From an uncultured delta proteobacterium (lineage in GTDB: Bacteria > Desulfobacterota > Binatia > UBA9968): a stretch of DNA of 64,000 bases. Each line of letters opens with the position of its first letter. Within the stretch, counting starts at the first letter, position 1. A program made the translations under genes and the position numbers. Of this stretch, positions 1-10,476 are shown piece by piece. The stretch is from the NCBI GenBank assembly GCA_963760795.1, contig CAVXEP010000007.1, forward strand, positions 96,001-160,000, written 5' to 3'. The notes under the pieces are model-generated. The model was not told the origin of the DNA. It ran no database searches and was given only the letters and a program-made list of their open reading frames with translations.

Positions 1-1
1 C

Positions 2-196
2 AGCAATCCCAACTTCTCGCTCAACGAGAACCTACCCACACGCATCGCCGCATCCATGGCCGGCACCCTCGGCGTCAGCATCATAAATGTCGCCGAAGGA
101 CTCGGCAGCCTCGGCCGCAAGGGAGTGGAGGGCGCCGGCAGCGTGGTCGAAGGCGTCGGCTCGGCGATTAATAGCCTTTTCGGCGGCAAGCGATAG
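2..196 (+). CDS. C-terminal fragment of a DUF748/AsmA-like protein (runs off window start)
   Basis: Manual translation SNPNFSLNENLPTRIAASMAGTLGVSIINVAEGLGSLGRKGVEGAGSVVEGVGSAINSLFGGKR* resembles DUF748 C-termini. Confidence 0.55.
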   Translation, partial: SNPNFSLNENLPTRIAASMAGTLGVSIINVAEGLGSLGRKGVEGAGSVVEGVGSAINSLFGGKR

Positions 197-211
197 CCGG
201 TTTCAGAGTTG

Positions 212-393
212 GCCGCACAGAACGCAAAATCGCAAGAATAAATCGGATATTCCAAAACAGTGTTGAAACCCACCCTCTTGATTCTGGCATGACGACAATA
301 GTTGTGCGATTGCCGCAGAATTTGTCGCCACACAACGCTACCCAAGAATTTCGCGCCATGATTTATTTTGCGCCCCTCTGCGTTCTCTGCGGC
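212..393. repeat. Intergenic inverted repeat with ~9-bp periodic arms
   Basis: gccgcacagaacgcaaaatcgcaagaataaat (212-243) is an imperfect reverse complement of atttattttgcgcccctctgcgttctctgcggc (361-393); lies between convergent genes. Confidence 0.65.
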
Positions 394-416
394 TAGTTCT
401 CCGTATCCTGAGCAAC

Positions 417-1725
417 TCAAAACTCCACGCACTTCGAAAAGCCTTGGCCCCAAAGATCAGCGCCGCCGATCATGACATCGCGCGCTTCCAATGGCAGCGC
501 GGCGCGCCCGTCTACCGGCGCTGCGCCGGGGAATGGAAATATCTTGATCTGCCGGTACGGCCCGATCACTTTGTCCATGGCCGGCAGTTCAATCGGCCGA
601 TCCAGAGTGCCGGTGCTGACCGCCGCATCAGCCTCGGCGACGTTGAACAGCACCGCACTATCCGTGCCCGCCTTGCCGCCGTTTTCATAGGTCACCAGCG
701 TCGCCTTGATGTTCTGCCGTTCGCAGGCGCGCAGCGTGAACATGACATCGACAAAGGCGTTGCCGCCGCCGATCCAGGTCACCAGCGCGCCATTGGCTCC
801 CATCGCCTTGGCGAGGCGCGCGGCATTTTGCGCGCCGACTTCTTTGCCATGGGAAGTTTCGAAGCGGATGCGCTGCAACACCACACCGGCAAAATTTAAT
901 GTTTTGCCATGGGCCGCGTACAACGCCAGCACCAGCGGATGATTCTGCCAATCCCATGTCGTCGGATAGTAACCGCGTCCCGAGCGCGTCGTATCGACGG
1001 TCACTGCGCCATCGAATAGCTCGTTGGGATGAACGTAGGTGGCCAGCGAACTGCGCAGCGACAAGCCGTAATAACCGACGCCCGAGTGAACATGCTGCGG
1101 ATCGGTGATAACGCCTTGTATCAGCATCACGTTGGGCAGGCGGGAGTCGGTGGCGGCGAGATCATAAGTAGTAACATGCGCCGGTGCCAATTCGGCGGTG
1201 ATTCGCGCCAAGCGCTCGGCGACTTTGAACTCAGCCAATTGAATCGCCGTGTGCGCATCGAGTTCCGCCAGACCGTCAACAATCGTGAAGCTGATAACCA
1301 GGTGACAGAGCGAACTAAAACGCGACACCGCCGCGCCAGGCCCAGACATGTCGAGGATCGCACTGCGCTGCACGGTCGTACCCGCGCGAATCGTCCCTTC
1401 ATAGGCCGCCGCCGCGACCACCGTCATGCCGGAAAGCCGATGGGTCCGCCCCGCGCCGACATCTTCGACCGCAGCCCAACACCCCGGCAAAAACCTGTCC
1501 GCCGCCGGAAACTTTGCATCGCGGCTCGACGATGTCGCGAATACCGGTAATGCGCGTCTTCTCCCCCGGCAGCGCCACCGCCAGCGAAACATCCTCAATC
1601 CGCGCATCCTCGCGCACCAGCGCGAGCAGCTCCCCTTCATCGACCTCGAGCACCTGGTTCTCGTACGAGAAACGATGGCTCAAGCGAATTTGCTTTACCG
1701 GAAATTCCGCGATCTCAAGTTTCAT
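417..1725 (-). CDS. Glycine/sarcosine/betaine reductase component B alpha/beta subunit (GrdE/GrdI-like), frameshifted near 1490
   Basis: N-term MKLEIAEFPVKQIRL...PGEKTRITGIRDIVEPRCK in one frame; C-term HPNELFDGA, QNHPLV, GGGNAFVD, EADAAVSTG in ORF 417..1640. Confidence 0.8.
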
Positions 1726-1755
1726 AATTACCGATGACCGACTGCAGTCCGAATA

Positions 1756-1795
1756 AACGATTGGAACGTTTTGAACGACTGGAACAATTGGAACG
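1756..1795. repeat. Periodic (t/g)gaac 9-bp repeat
   Basis: aacgattggaacgttttgaacgactggaacaattggaacg; same family at 8197, 30743, 33622, 43737. Confidence 0.7.
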
Positions 1796-1805
1796 TGTTC
1801 TGCGG

Positions 1806-2880
1806 TTACGGCGCCCCCATAATCTTGCGAAAGTCCTGAATATAAGTCGGCAAGATTCGCCCCCAGCTTGGGATTCACCACATAGTCCGGCTTCACTTGG
1901 AACTCTTTGAACTTGCTGCGCACTCCCTTCATGGCGCTGCCCTTGCCCAAGCTGCCGGCGAGAAAGTTCTGCGCCTCATCGGACAAAACCCACTCGACGA
2001 ACAGCAAAGCGGCATGTGGATGCGGCGCATTTTTCGCTACGAACAATCCTTCCGGTTTGACGATGGCCGGCGCCAGGACCTTGAAGCCTAACGGCGCGCC
2101 TTTTTCGCGGATCGCCGCCGAAGTCTCGCCGTTGATGGCGATGCCGATGGGATATTCGCCCGAGGTCACCACTTGCGTCGTCAAGGTCCCGCCGCGCCGG
2201 TAACTCAAGTCCTGCTTGGCAAGGCGCGATAAATAATTCACCGCCTTTTCGCGGCCCCACGCCTCTTCCATCGCCGCCAGAATGTAGCCCGCCTCCGGAT
2301 CGAAGAGCATTTTGCCTTTCCACGACGGGCTGAGCAGATCTGCATAACTCTTTGGCGCCTGCTCCGCTTTCACCGCGGCGCTGTTGTAGATGAGAGCCGT
2401 GGTTAAATAGTACATGCTGTGCCAGTTGCCGCTGGCATCGAAGGTGCCGTCAAAGTAACGGTTCGCGCCGGGCACTTGATACGCCTGCACCAGATTGGCG
2501 TTCATCAACTGGTAGCCATAGCTCAGGTCAACTTGTACCACATCCACCGCATGCCGCCCCGCCCGCGCTTCCGTCAAAGTCCGACTGAGAATGCCGTCCC
2601 GCGGCGAAAAATAATGATTCAGCTCCATGGCGCGATAGCGCGAGTTGTAAACCCGCGCCAACGGCAAAAACTCGTCGATCGGCAAGGTGCCGTAATAAGC
2701 CAACTCCCCTTCCGCCTGCGCGCCTTTGAGGAGATAGGCAATTCGCTCCTACGCTTTGAACGACTTAACTTTCGCCGCCACCTCGGCGACCGTTGCGGCG
2801 TGAAGCGGAACCAACCCCGCGGCCGTGCAAACCCATAATGCGCTAAAATAAACGAAAATATTTCCGAAGCCGCGTCCCAT
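1806..2880 (-). CDS. Extracellular solute-binding protein, Fe3+/AfuA-like family (frameshifted at both ends)
   Basis: ORF 1399..2703 core (PKSYADLLSPSWKGK, SGEYPIGI, KNAPHPHAALLFVEWVLS); ATG at 2880; likely true stop at 1806. Confidence 0.75.
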
Positions 2881-3111
2881 CAAATTCTCCTGTGCTCTGT
2901 GGCAACTGCTCCTACCTGAGCTTGGTTGTACAAAACGGCAGAGTTCCGGTCAATCTCGCTCTTCCACGTGCTTAACTACCATTTTGTGGTTAAGACTCGG
3001 GCCATGAAGTGAGACGCATTTGCGGAAATCAGCTACTAGTCTCACATCGGGAATTCGGATAAAGTCCATCCGTATTTCTTTCGGATAGATAGATCCGAGG
3101 AGGAGAAAATC

Positions 3112-4737
3112 TTGGTGCAATGGGATGAAGAAGTCGATCTGATCTGCGTCGGCTCCGGTATCAGCGGCTGCGCCGCCGCAATAGCCGCGGCGGAAGCCGG
3201 CCTCAGGGTCATGCTCATTGAAAAGTCATATAAGCTGGGAGGCACCACGACCTGGTCATTGGGGATCGTCTGGGTGGGCAATGGTCACCTCGCGCGAGCC
3301 AGCGGTGTCGCCGATACCGAGGTGGAGGCGCGCGCCTACCTCGAATATCTGGGCGGCGGCCGCAACGATCCAGCAGTTACTCAAAGGTTTGTCGATCAGG
3401 CGCCGGAAGCGCTGCGTTTCTTCGAAGAAACCGCGCGGGTTCCGTTCTACATGGTCGACAAATTACCGGACCATTATTATCCAGCCGGGGAAGGTTCAAG
3501 GCCGTTCGGGAGAAGCCATCAGGTGCGCGCCTTTGAAGCGTCTTCGCTGGGCAGTTGGCAGAAGCATTTGGATCTCACCCCTTACCGCCATGGCCGGGTA
3601 ACCTTTGAAGAGATGGCCGCCCGCGGCGGCATGGCGGGACAATGGGATAAAGCACTGCTCGCGGAACGCGAAGCGAAAGATATTCGCACGTTCGGCGGCG
3701 CGCTCGCGGGTTATTTTCTCAAAGCCGTCATCGACCGCCGCATCCCGATAAGGATTGAAACTGAAGTCGCTCGCTTGATCGTCGATGCCGGGCGCGTTGT
3801 CGGCGTGGAATCAATTTCACGGGACAAGACCACCGCGATTGCCGCATCGCGCGGGGTAGTCTTGGCCACCGGGCAATACGATTCGAATCCGCGTCTCATG
3901 AACCTTTTCGATGAATTCAATTCCTGGCCGCCGCGCGGCGCGCCACGTAATCAGGGCGACGGCCTCGTGCTCGCCGCGGAACATGGCGCGGCACTCAAGG
4001 TCATGCACGGGACTCTCTCCATTCTCCTCGGTTATCACGTCAAGGGTGAGAGCGTCGACGGCCAGCCGCTCATGCGTGGGGCTGGTTCCCGGGAAGTTGC
4101 CTATCCCCACTGCATCATCGTCAACCGAGCCGGCAAGCGCTTCGCCGATGAATCCTCTTTCGGTGAAGTCGCCGCCAAGCTGCGCGAGTTCCATGTCTGG
4201 AGCCATCGCCCCGTCAATGTGCCTTGTTACCTGATCTTCGATTCGCAGTATTGGGGAAAGTATGGGCTCCAACCTCTCCCGCCCGGAAGTCAACCGCCAG
4301 AATGGCTCGACAGCGCCGCCACGGTTGGCGCATTGGCCGAGCGATTGGGCATCGCAAGCGTTGGATTGACCGAGACTGTCGAGCGCTTCAATGGCTTTGC
4401 CGCCGCCGGCCACGATGAAGATTTTCACCGCGGACGCATGCCTTGGTCGCAGCAGGCGTCAGGAGACTTGCAGCAGAAAAACGCCAACCTCGGCTCACTG
4501 TCACAACCGCCCTATTTCGCCATAGAGTTGAAACCGATCTCGGGTCACTCGGTGGGATTGCTAACCAACGGCAACGGCCAGGTGATTCATCTACGCGGCC
4601 ATGCCATGCAGGGTCTCTACGCGTGTGGCGACGTCGCCGCGTCGTTACATGTTGGCGTAGGTTATCAAGCGGGACTGAGTCTTGGCGGTGGAATGACCTT
4701 TGGATTCCTGGCGGCTCAACACGCGGCACAGCACTAG
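3112..4737 (+). CDS. FAD-dependent oxidoreductase, 3-ketosteroid-delta1-dehydrogenase/fumarate reductase flavoprotein-like
   Basis: VGSGISG dinucleotide motif, GGTTTWS, VVLATG, IIVNRAGKRFADE, GLYACG; strong RBS gaggagg. Confidence 0.85.
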   Translation: MVQWDEEVDLICVGSGISGCAAAIAAAEAGLRVMLIEKSYKLGGTTTWSLGIVWVGNGHLARASGVADTEVEARAYLEYLGGGRNDPAVTQRFVDQAPEALRFFEETARVPFYMVDKLPDHYYPAGEGSRPFGRSHQVRAFEASSLGSWQKHLDLTPYRHGRVTFEEMAARGGMAGQWDKALLAEREAKDIRTFGGALAGYFLKAVIDRRIPIRIETEVARLIVDAGRVVGVESISRDKTTAIAASRGVVLATGQYDSNPRLMNLFDEFNSWPPRGAPRNQGDGLVLAAEHGAALKVMHGTLSILLGYHVKGESVDGQPLMRGAGSREVAYPHCIIVNRAGKRFADESSFGEVAAKLREFHVWSHRPVNVPCYLIFDSQYWGKYGLQPLPPGSQPPEWLDSAATVGALAERLGIASVGLTETVERFNGFAAAGHDEDFHRGRMPWSQQASGDLQQKNANLGSLSQPPYFAIELKPISGHSVGLLTNGNGQVIHLRGHAMQGLYACGDVAASLHVGVGYQAGLSLGGGMTFGFLAAQHAAQH

Positions 4738-4748
4738 CATTTAGTTTC

Positions 4749-4833
4749 ATTCACCACGAAGACGCGAAGGACACGAAGGTCTCGGCAAATTAATATTCCG
4801 AACTTCGTGCTCTTCGTGTCCTTCGTGGTGAAT
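4749..4833. repeat. cacgaag triplet inverted repeat (REP-like hairpin)
   Basis: attcaccacgaagacgcgaaggacacgaag ... cttcgtgctcttcgtgtccttcgtggtgaat between convergent genes. Confidence 0.85.
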
Positions 4834-4848
4834 ACTTCTTCCCGCGAT

Positions 4849-5839
4849 TTATTTGAGGCGATCGATAAAGCCGCTGTCGTCCAATTCTTTCACGAACCTG
4901 GCATCGATGAAACGCTCGGGCTCGGCCGTCTTCGCGGCGGGGATGGTTTGGGCGAGCTGCTCTAGGACTAATTCAATCCCCTGAACAAAGGGATAGGGTT
5001 TCTGCCGATAGGTTTGAGCGTTGAAGTCGTATGCGATCTCGATCAACCGTGGATCGGCGACCTTCATATACTTGGACATCAAATCCACACTCCTGGCCTT
5101 ATGGGTTCGATAGAAATGAATCCCCTCGACGATCGACCTGATGAATCGGCGGACTGTCTCTTCGTCTTTCTTGATGAACGATCTGGTCGTCACGACGCCG
5201 GAGCTAAGAACTTCGATACCGAGCTTGGGTATATCGACCAGGATCCTTAGTCCGAATTTCTCCGCGACCAGACGATCCTCCACGGTGATGGTGGTGGCAT
5301 CGATGGAACCCGATTGCAGCGCCGCCAAGCGAACCGGAGACTGGCCCACTTGACGCAATGTCACGTCTTTCTCGGGATCGAGCCCCAACTTTCTCAGAGT
5401 GCGGCGTAGAATGAAATCGCCGGTGCCACCAAACCGGTCGATACCGATGGTTTTGCCCTTGAGCTGCGCGGGGCTAGTAAGTTTCGGCGACGAGACAAGA
5501 TATGCGATGCCCGAAACATTGCTCAGGCTAGCGATCAAAACCAAATCGCTGCCGCTCAAATTGCTCGATACCGCCGGCGCGCCGCTGGTCAAGCCGATGG
5601 GCGCATTTCCCGCCAGCATGGCGGCGACGAGAATCGGCGAGCTCTGGATGAAGAGCAATTCCACATCCAAGCCATGCTTGCGAAAAATCTGTTCTTCCTT
5701 GGTGATCCAAGCCATCAGCATAGCCGGATGTCAAAGTTGGATAGGCGACACGCAGTTTGATAGGTGCGTCCGCGCCATAGCTCAGCGAGGAAAAAACAAA
5801 CGTGAGAAATAAACTAAGAACCATTCTGCAACTGCGCAT
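4849..5839 (-). CDS. NitT/TauT-family ABC substrate-binding protein (frameshift near 5725)
   Basis: Signal peptide in ORF 5528..5839, body in ORF 4849..5721 (FRKHGLDVEL, LKGKTIGI, FVKELDDSGFIDRL). Confidence 0.85.
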
Positions 5840-5976
5840 CCGACGATCTCCTAACCATCACAGGAACGGTGACTCTTGCTAACTCCGAACTGTGGCGAGG
5901 AACCCACATGCTCCTCATCCCTGTGGCCAATCTCCGCGCACAGCCATGACGAAATATCGTGCGAAACCAGAAAATT

Positions 5977-6561
5977 TTACTGCGTTAGCGGCGCGTTCCA
6001 AGTCTTAAGCGCTGGAGTGTCGTAGTAATAACCGAGCACATTTAACGTCGCGGTGTCGAGCAACAAGTGCTCGCCGAAACTCGGCGGCTGATCGATCCAC
6101 CGCGCCGCAATGACCCTGAGGATATGGCCATGCGCGAATAGCGCTACATCGCCATCGGTGGCGCGCACTTTGGCGAGCACGTGATCGGCGCGGGCAGCGA
6201 CTTGCTCCGGTGATTCACCGCCGGGACAGCCATGATGAAATACCGACCAACCCGGCCTCGCTGATTGAATTTGCTTGGTCGTGAGTCCTTCGTATTCGCC
6301 GTAGTTCCATTCCATCAAGTTTGGTTCAATAACCGCAACTTTTGCGAGCCCCGCCAGTTCGCAGGTTTCGCGCGCTCGCTGAAGCGGGCTGGTCAGCACC
6401 AAAACGAACTGCTCTCGCGCCAACACCGGCTGCAACAATCGCGCGATTTTCCGGCCCTGCTCGGTAAGCGGCACATCGGTGACCCCGGTATGTTTGCCGT
6501 CGCGGCTCCATTCGGTTTCACCGTGGCGGATCAAATAGATTTTTTGCGCTTCGTTAGCCAT
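5977..6561 (-). CDS. Histidine phosphatase (phosphoglycerate mutase) family protein
   Basis: LIRHGETEWS, SPLQRARET, EWNYGEYEG, FAHGH. Confidence 0.92.
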   Translation of the reverse strand: MANEAQKIYLIRHGETEWSRDGKHTGVTDVPLTEQGRKIARLLQPVLAREQFVLVLTSPLQRARETCELAGLAKVAVIEPNLMEWNYGEYEGLTTKQIQSARPGWSVFHHGCPGGESPEQVAARADHVLAKVRATDGDVALFAHGHILRVIAARWIDQPPSFGEHLLLDTATLNVLGYYYDTPALKTWNAPLTQ

Positions 6562-6621
6562 CCTTCAACCGGAGATTTTTTGCGTTCTTTTGCGTTCTTT
6601 GCGGCCAATCACTCCGGCCGG

Positions 6622-8056
6622 CTATCTGACGCCGACCTTGTCGTTCAAAAACCCCTGCCAGTCGCCGGCGACTTTGTCTTTCAGCTCGCGGCTGTGGCCG
6701 CTCGACTTGGGGAACTTGTCGCGCCACTCGTACGGGCGCGTCGCGTCGATGATGGCGCGCGAGTTGAAGCCTTTTTCACCGACCGGAATGCGCGGGTCGA
6801 GGGGGCCGCTCCAGCAGCGCCGGAGAATTTCGATGGAGTCGACGGGGTCGGAGCGCGAGCTGATCGCCCAGATGACTTCTTCGGTATTGGTGATGTCGAT
6901 GTCTTCGTCGACGACGATGACGTAGCGGCCGAGATAGGCGCCGGAGCGGCACTGGCTGGCGATCATCGCCGCCTGGCGCGCGTGGCCGGGATAGCGCTGC
7001 TTGATCGCCAGCACGGTCATGAAGCGGCCGCCTGAAGGATGCGACCAAACGGCTTGCACGTCAGGCACGCCGGCTTCGTCGAGAGCGTTCCAGATCAACG
7101 CCGAGAGCATCAACGAGAAATGCAGGTTGTCGCCGCTGGAAGGTTTGAGCAATGGGAAAGCCGCACAGGATCGGATCGTTGCGATGATAGACCGCTTTGA
7201 CACGGATCACCGGCACGGCGGGTTGGTTGCTGGCGTAGTACCCGGTCCACTCGCCGAACGGCCCTTCGGGCATGAAATCGTTGGGCGCCACCTCGCCTTC
7301 GATGGCGATCTCGGAGTCGGCGGGGATCGGCAGTCCGGTGAGCGGCCCTGCGACGATGTCGAGGGGCTGGCCGGTGATGCCGCCGGCATAGGCGTATTCG
7401 TTAACCCGGTAGGGCACGTCGGTGGAAGCGACGAGAAAATTGATCGGATGATGGCCGAAGGAGACTGCGATGGGCAGCGGCTTGCCTTCGGCGTGAGACT
7501 TGTCGCGATGGACGCGACCATGCTTGCCCGGCGACATATGCAGCCCCATGTGATCGCGGCCATGAATCATGATGCGATAGGTGCCGACGTTGACCCATTT
7601 TTCTTCCGGATCGCGGGTGACCACCAAATCGTCGGTGCCGATGTAGCGGCCGCCGTCGAGCTCATGCCATTTCGGCACGGGAAATTTGAATAAATCGATA
7701 TCAGCGCCCTTCTGAACGTTTTCAAACAGCGGCGCGCTTTTGACCAGGCGCGGCTCGATGGGTTGAATCGATTTAACCCGCTTGCGCCACTGCTGCACGA
7801 AGTCGAAGGGCGCTAAATTCGGGTCCATGCCCATGGTCAGCGCGAGCCGCTGCAACGACGACAGCAAGTTAACCGCTACTCTATGACCGGCGGGATACTC
7901 TTTGATCTTGTCGAAGACAATCGCCGGCCGGGTCTTCGAGCGCTCGTTGATGAGTTCGGTCAGCGTCGACAGCTCCAGATTCCAATGGGCGTCGTTGACG
8001 TTCATCAACTGGCCGAGTTTGTTGACCTCATCGAGCCAAGTCCGTAGGTCTGCCAT
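6622..8056 (-). CDS. UbiD-family (prFMN-dependent) decarboxylase, frameshift near 7155
   Basis: DGGRYIGT, NVGTYR, EGPFGEWTGYY, VIVVDEDID, DATRP across ORFs 7061..8056 and 6622..7203. Confidence 0.88.
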
Positions 8057-8196
8057 AATAAATATTCCTATCTCGCTGAAAAATTCTGAAACTTTTAAGC
8101 AGCGGCGAATTTACCCCTTGTCTCTCTGAGAGAAGCCAGGGATGAGGACTGCCGCAGCGTTTGCCTCACCTCACTCTCCTCCGTGTCATCGGGGAG

Positions 8197-8238
8197 TTGA
8201 ACGGAGCGAAGCGGTTGAACGGCTTGAACGTTTCGAAC
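8197..8238. repeat. ttgaac periodic repeat with gagcg-aa-gcgg core
   Basis: ttgaacggagcgaagcggttgaacggcttgaacgtttcgaac. Confidence 0.7.
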
Positions 8239-8251
8239 TTCTTTCTTCAGC

Positions 8252-9310
8252 TCACCGCGGCGGCAATTTCTTCGGACCGGCGATGATTTTAAACAGCTCG
8301 ATCGCCTCCGGGTCGCGCGGCACGTCTCTGATCGCCTTCTCGTGGTTTTCCGGCAGCAACGGCGTCGGATCGTCGGCGGTGAGCTTGTGATAGTACTTGG
8401 CGAACTCGGGATCCAGATAGGTCTTGCGGAAAGCATCCTTCAAGATGTCGACACGATCCTTGGGTGTTCCCGGCGGCAGCACGAACGGCGTGCCGGTGAC
8501 ACGGAAGCCGCGCTGCAAGGCGAGCATCCTACGCTCACGGTCGTTCTTGGCAAAAGTCTCGATCTCGGGCAGCTTGGCAAAAAATGGATGAGGGTGCTTG
8601 TCGCCTCGGGGCGTTTCCATGATCGCATGAATGTTGGCTAAACCCTTGTCGATCCACTCGCGGTTGCGTTGCAGAATGGTGTCCGGGCCGGTGGCGCGGC
8701 CGTCGATCTCACCGCGCATCAGTGCCGGATCGAGCTCGGCGCCGCCAAAGGCGGCGATGAACAACGGATCCTTGAGACCGAGCATGTAGCCGAACAGCCG
8801 CCCTTCATTGTAAGTGGAGAATCCGAGAGACTGGCCGCCGATCTTGAGCCCGGTGGCCGCGCGCAGCTTGTCGAGGGTGTCGAGGCCGGCGTCTTTGCGG
8901 GTGACAAACACCGAGTGATAGGCGCTGTAGGGCGAGCCCAAGTAATGGAACTTATCGATATCGTATAAAACTCCGGATTCCCCGAGTATGGCAAGGGAAA
9001 CCATGCCTGAGCTCAAGTTGCCGATGGTCAGGCCATCGGGACGGGACGAGCGGAACACATGATTGGCCGCCTTGCGGCTGCCGCCGCCAGGCATGAATTC
9101 CATGATAATCGTCGGACTGCCGGGAATATATTTTTGCAGGAACGGAACCAATGCGCGCACCCGCAAATCGCCGGTGCCGCCGGGGTCGCGGCCTTGCACG
9201 ATGGTGATCGTCTTGCCTTGAAAGAACGGCGCTTGGCCGTAGGTTAGACTGGGAAATAAATGGCTGAATAACAGAACGCCGAGAGTAGCAAACCAATTCG
9301 ACCTGTTCAT
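8252..9310 (-). CDS. Bug/TctC-family tripartite tricarboxylate transporter substrate-binding protein
   Basis: FFQGKTITIV, PGGTGD, MPGGGS, PDGLTIG, PPGTP. Confidence 0.88.
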   Translation of the reverse strand: MNRSNWFATLGVLLFSHLFPSLTYGQAPFFQGKTITIVQGRDPGGTGDLRVRALVPFLQKYIPGSPTIIMEFMPGGGSRKAANHVFRSSRPDGLTIGNLSSGMVSLAILGESGVLYDIDKFHYLGSPYSAYHSVFVTRKDAGLDTLDKLRAATGLKIGGQSLGFSTYNEGRLFGYMLGLKDPLFIAAFGGAELDPALMRGEIDGRATGPDTILQRNREWIDKGLANIHAIMETPRGDKHPHPFFAKLPEIETFAKNDRERRMLALQRGFRVTGTPFVLPPGTPKDRVDILKDAFRKTYLDPEFAKYYHKLTADDPTPLLPENHEKAIRDVPRDPEAIELFKIIAGPKKLPPR

Positions 9311-9379
9311 CTTTGCCTCCTGACTGACTACCGAGGACTTGTACGCTATTTGTCGCTTCGGTCAAGTGATCTATCGCGC

Positions 9380-10417
9380 TCAGTTGCCCAAGACTTTCTT
9401 CAACCGCTCGATGATCTCCGGCGGCTGGCCGATGACTTCCTTGGCGAGTCTTTCCAGTTCTTCGCCGCCGACCGGATCGAATTCATAATTGCGCTTCTTC
9501 ACGTCGGCGCGGAACTGCTCGTCGGCCATGGTTTTGACGAAGGCGTCGCGCAGCGTCTTCAAGCGCTCCGCCGGCATTCCTGGCGGACCGAACATGGGCC
9601 GGCCCATGTCGTCGGCGCCGAGGAGCACGGTCGCTAACCGTCGCCCGGCCTCGGGAGTTTTATAGCGATCCATGATCTCAAAAATTGTCGGCGTATTGGG
9701 CAGGCGCGCGTCGCGTTTGCCGCCGCTCTGAAACATATGATGGACAAAGTTGGTCTTGCGCCAGGTGTGATAGGGTTCGCGGCCGAAGAATGCTTCGATG
9801 GTAAACGCCCGGCAGTGAATTTCGCCGCGCTCGACGCCGAGATCGATGTCGGTGCCGCCGGGATAGCCGGTGACGATTTGAAACTTGGCGCCGACCGTTT
9901 CTTGCAGCAGTTTGGGAAAGTAAGAGTCTGGCCCGGTGACGCCGGTGGCGCCGCATTTGGGCGGTTCCTTGGCGGTGCGGACTTCTTCGATGGTTTTGTA
10001 CGGACTGTCGGCGCGCATGTACATCTGACTGTTGCCGCGCGCCGGCGAGCCGATCCAGGCAAATTTCGACCAATCGAATTGAATCTCCGTTCTGCCGACC
10101 AGCTGATTCAGATAGAGCGAGGGAATGACCGAGCCGATGATCGTCAGGCCGTCCGGCTTGACCCCGGTGTACAGATGGTTGACCGCGATCACATGGCCCG
10201 CGCCGGGCATGTTCTGAACGACGAAACTGGGATTGCCGGGGATATGCCGGCCCATATGGTCGACGATCAGCCGCGCCCAGAAATCGTAAAGATTCCCCGG
10301 CGGCGTGCCGACCAGCACGCGGATAGTCTTGCCTTGGTAGAAGGGGGCCTGCGCTTGAGCGATAGCGCTGAATCCTAAGAGAAAGCTGCAGAGAACCAGC
10401 CAGAAGCACTTTTTCAT
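9380..10417 (-). CDS. Bug/TctC-family substrate-binding protein
   Basis: Signal peptide MKKCFWLV, FYQGKTIRV, QNMPGAG, KPDGLT; RBS ggaggt upstream of ATG 10417. Confidence 0.9.
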   Translation of the reverse strand: MKKCFWLVLCSFLLGFSAIAQAQAPFYQGKTIRVLVGTPPGNLYDFWARLIVDHMGRHIPGNPSFVVQNMPGAGHVIAVNHLYTGVKPDGLTIIGSVIPSLYLNQLVGRTEIQFDWSKFAWIGSPARGNSQMYMRADSPYKTIEEVRTAKEPPKCGATGVTGPDSYFPKLLQETVGAKFQIVTGYPGGTDIDLGVERGEIHCRAFTIEAFFGREPYHTWRKTNFVHHMFQSGGKRDARLPNTPTIFEIMDRYKTPEAGRRLATVLLGADDMGRPMFGPPGMPAERLKTLRDAFVKTMADEQFRADVKKRNYEFDPVGGEELERLAKEVIGQPPEIIERLKKVLGN

Positions 10418-10476
10418 TTCGCACCTCCGAGACTTGAACATTGCGCTGGCTACTGTACTAAAAAAACGCCGTAATG

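Noticed and set aside
1399-2703. Apparent fusion of solute-binding protein and GrdE N-terminus
   Set aside because: Caused by a frameshift near 1845 and read-through of the ggaac repeat; these are two genes.
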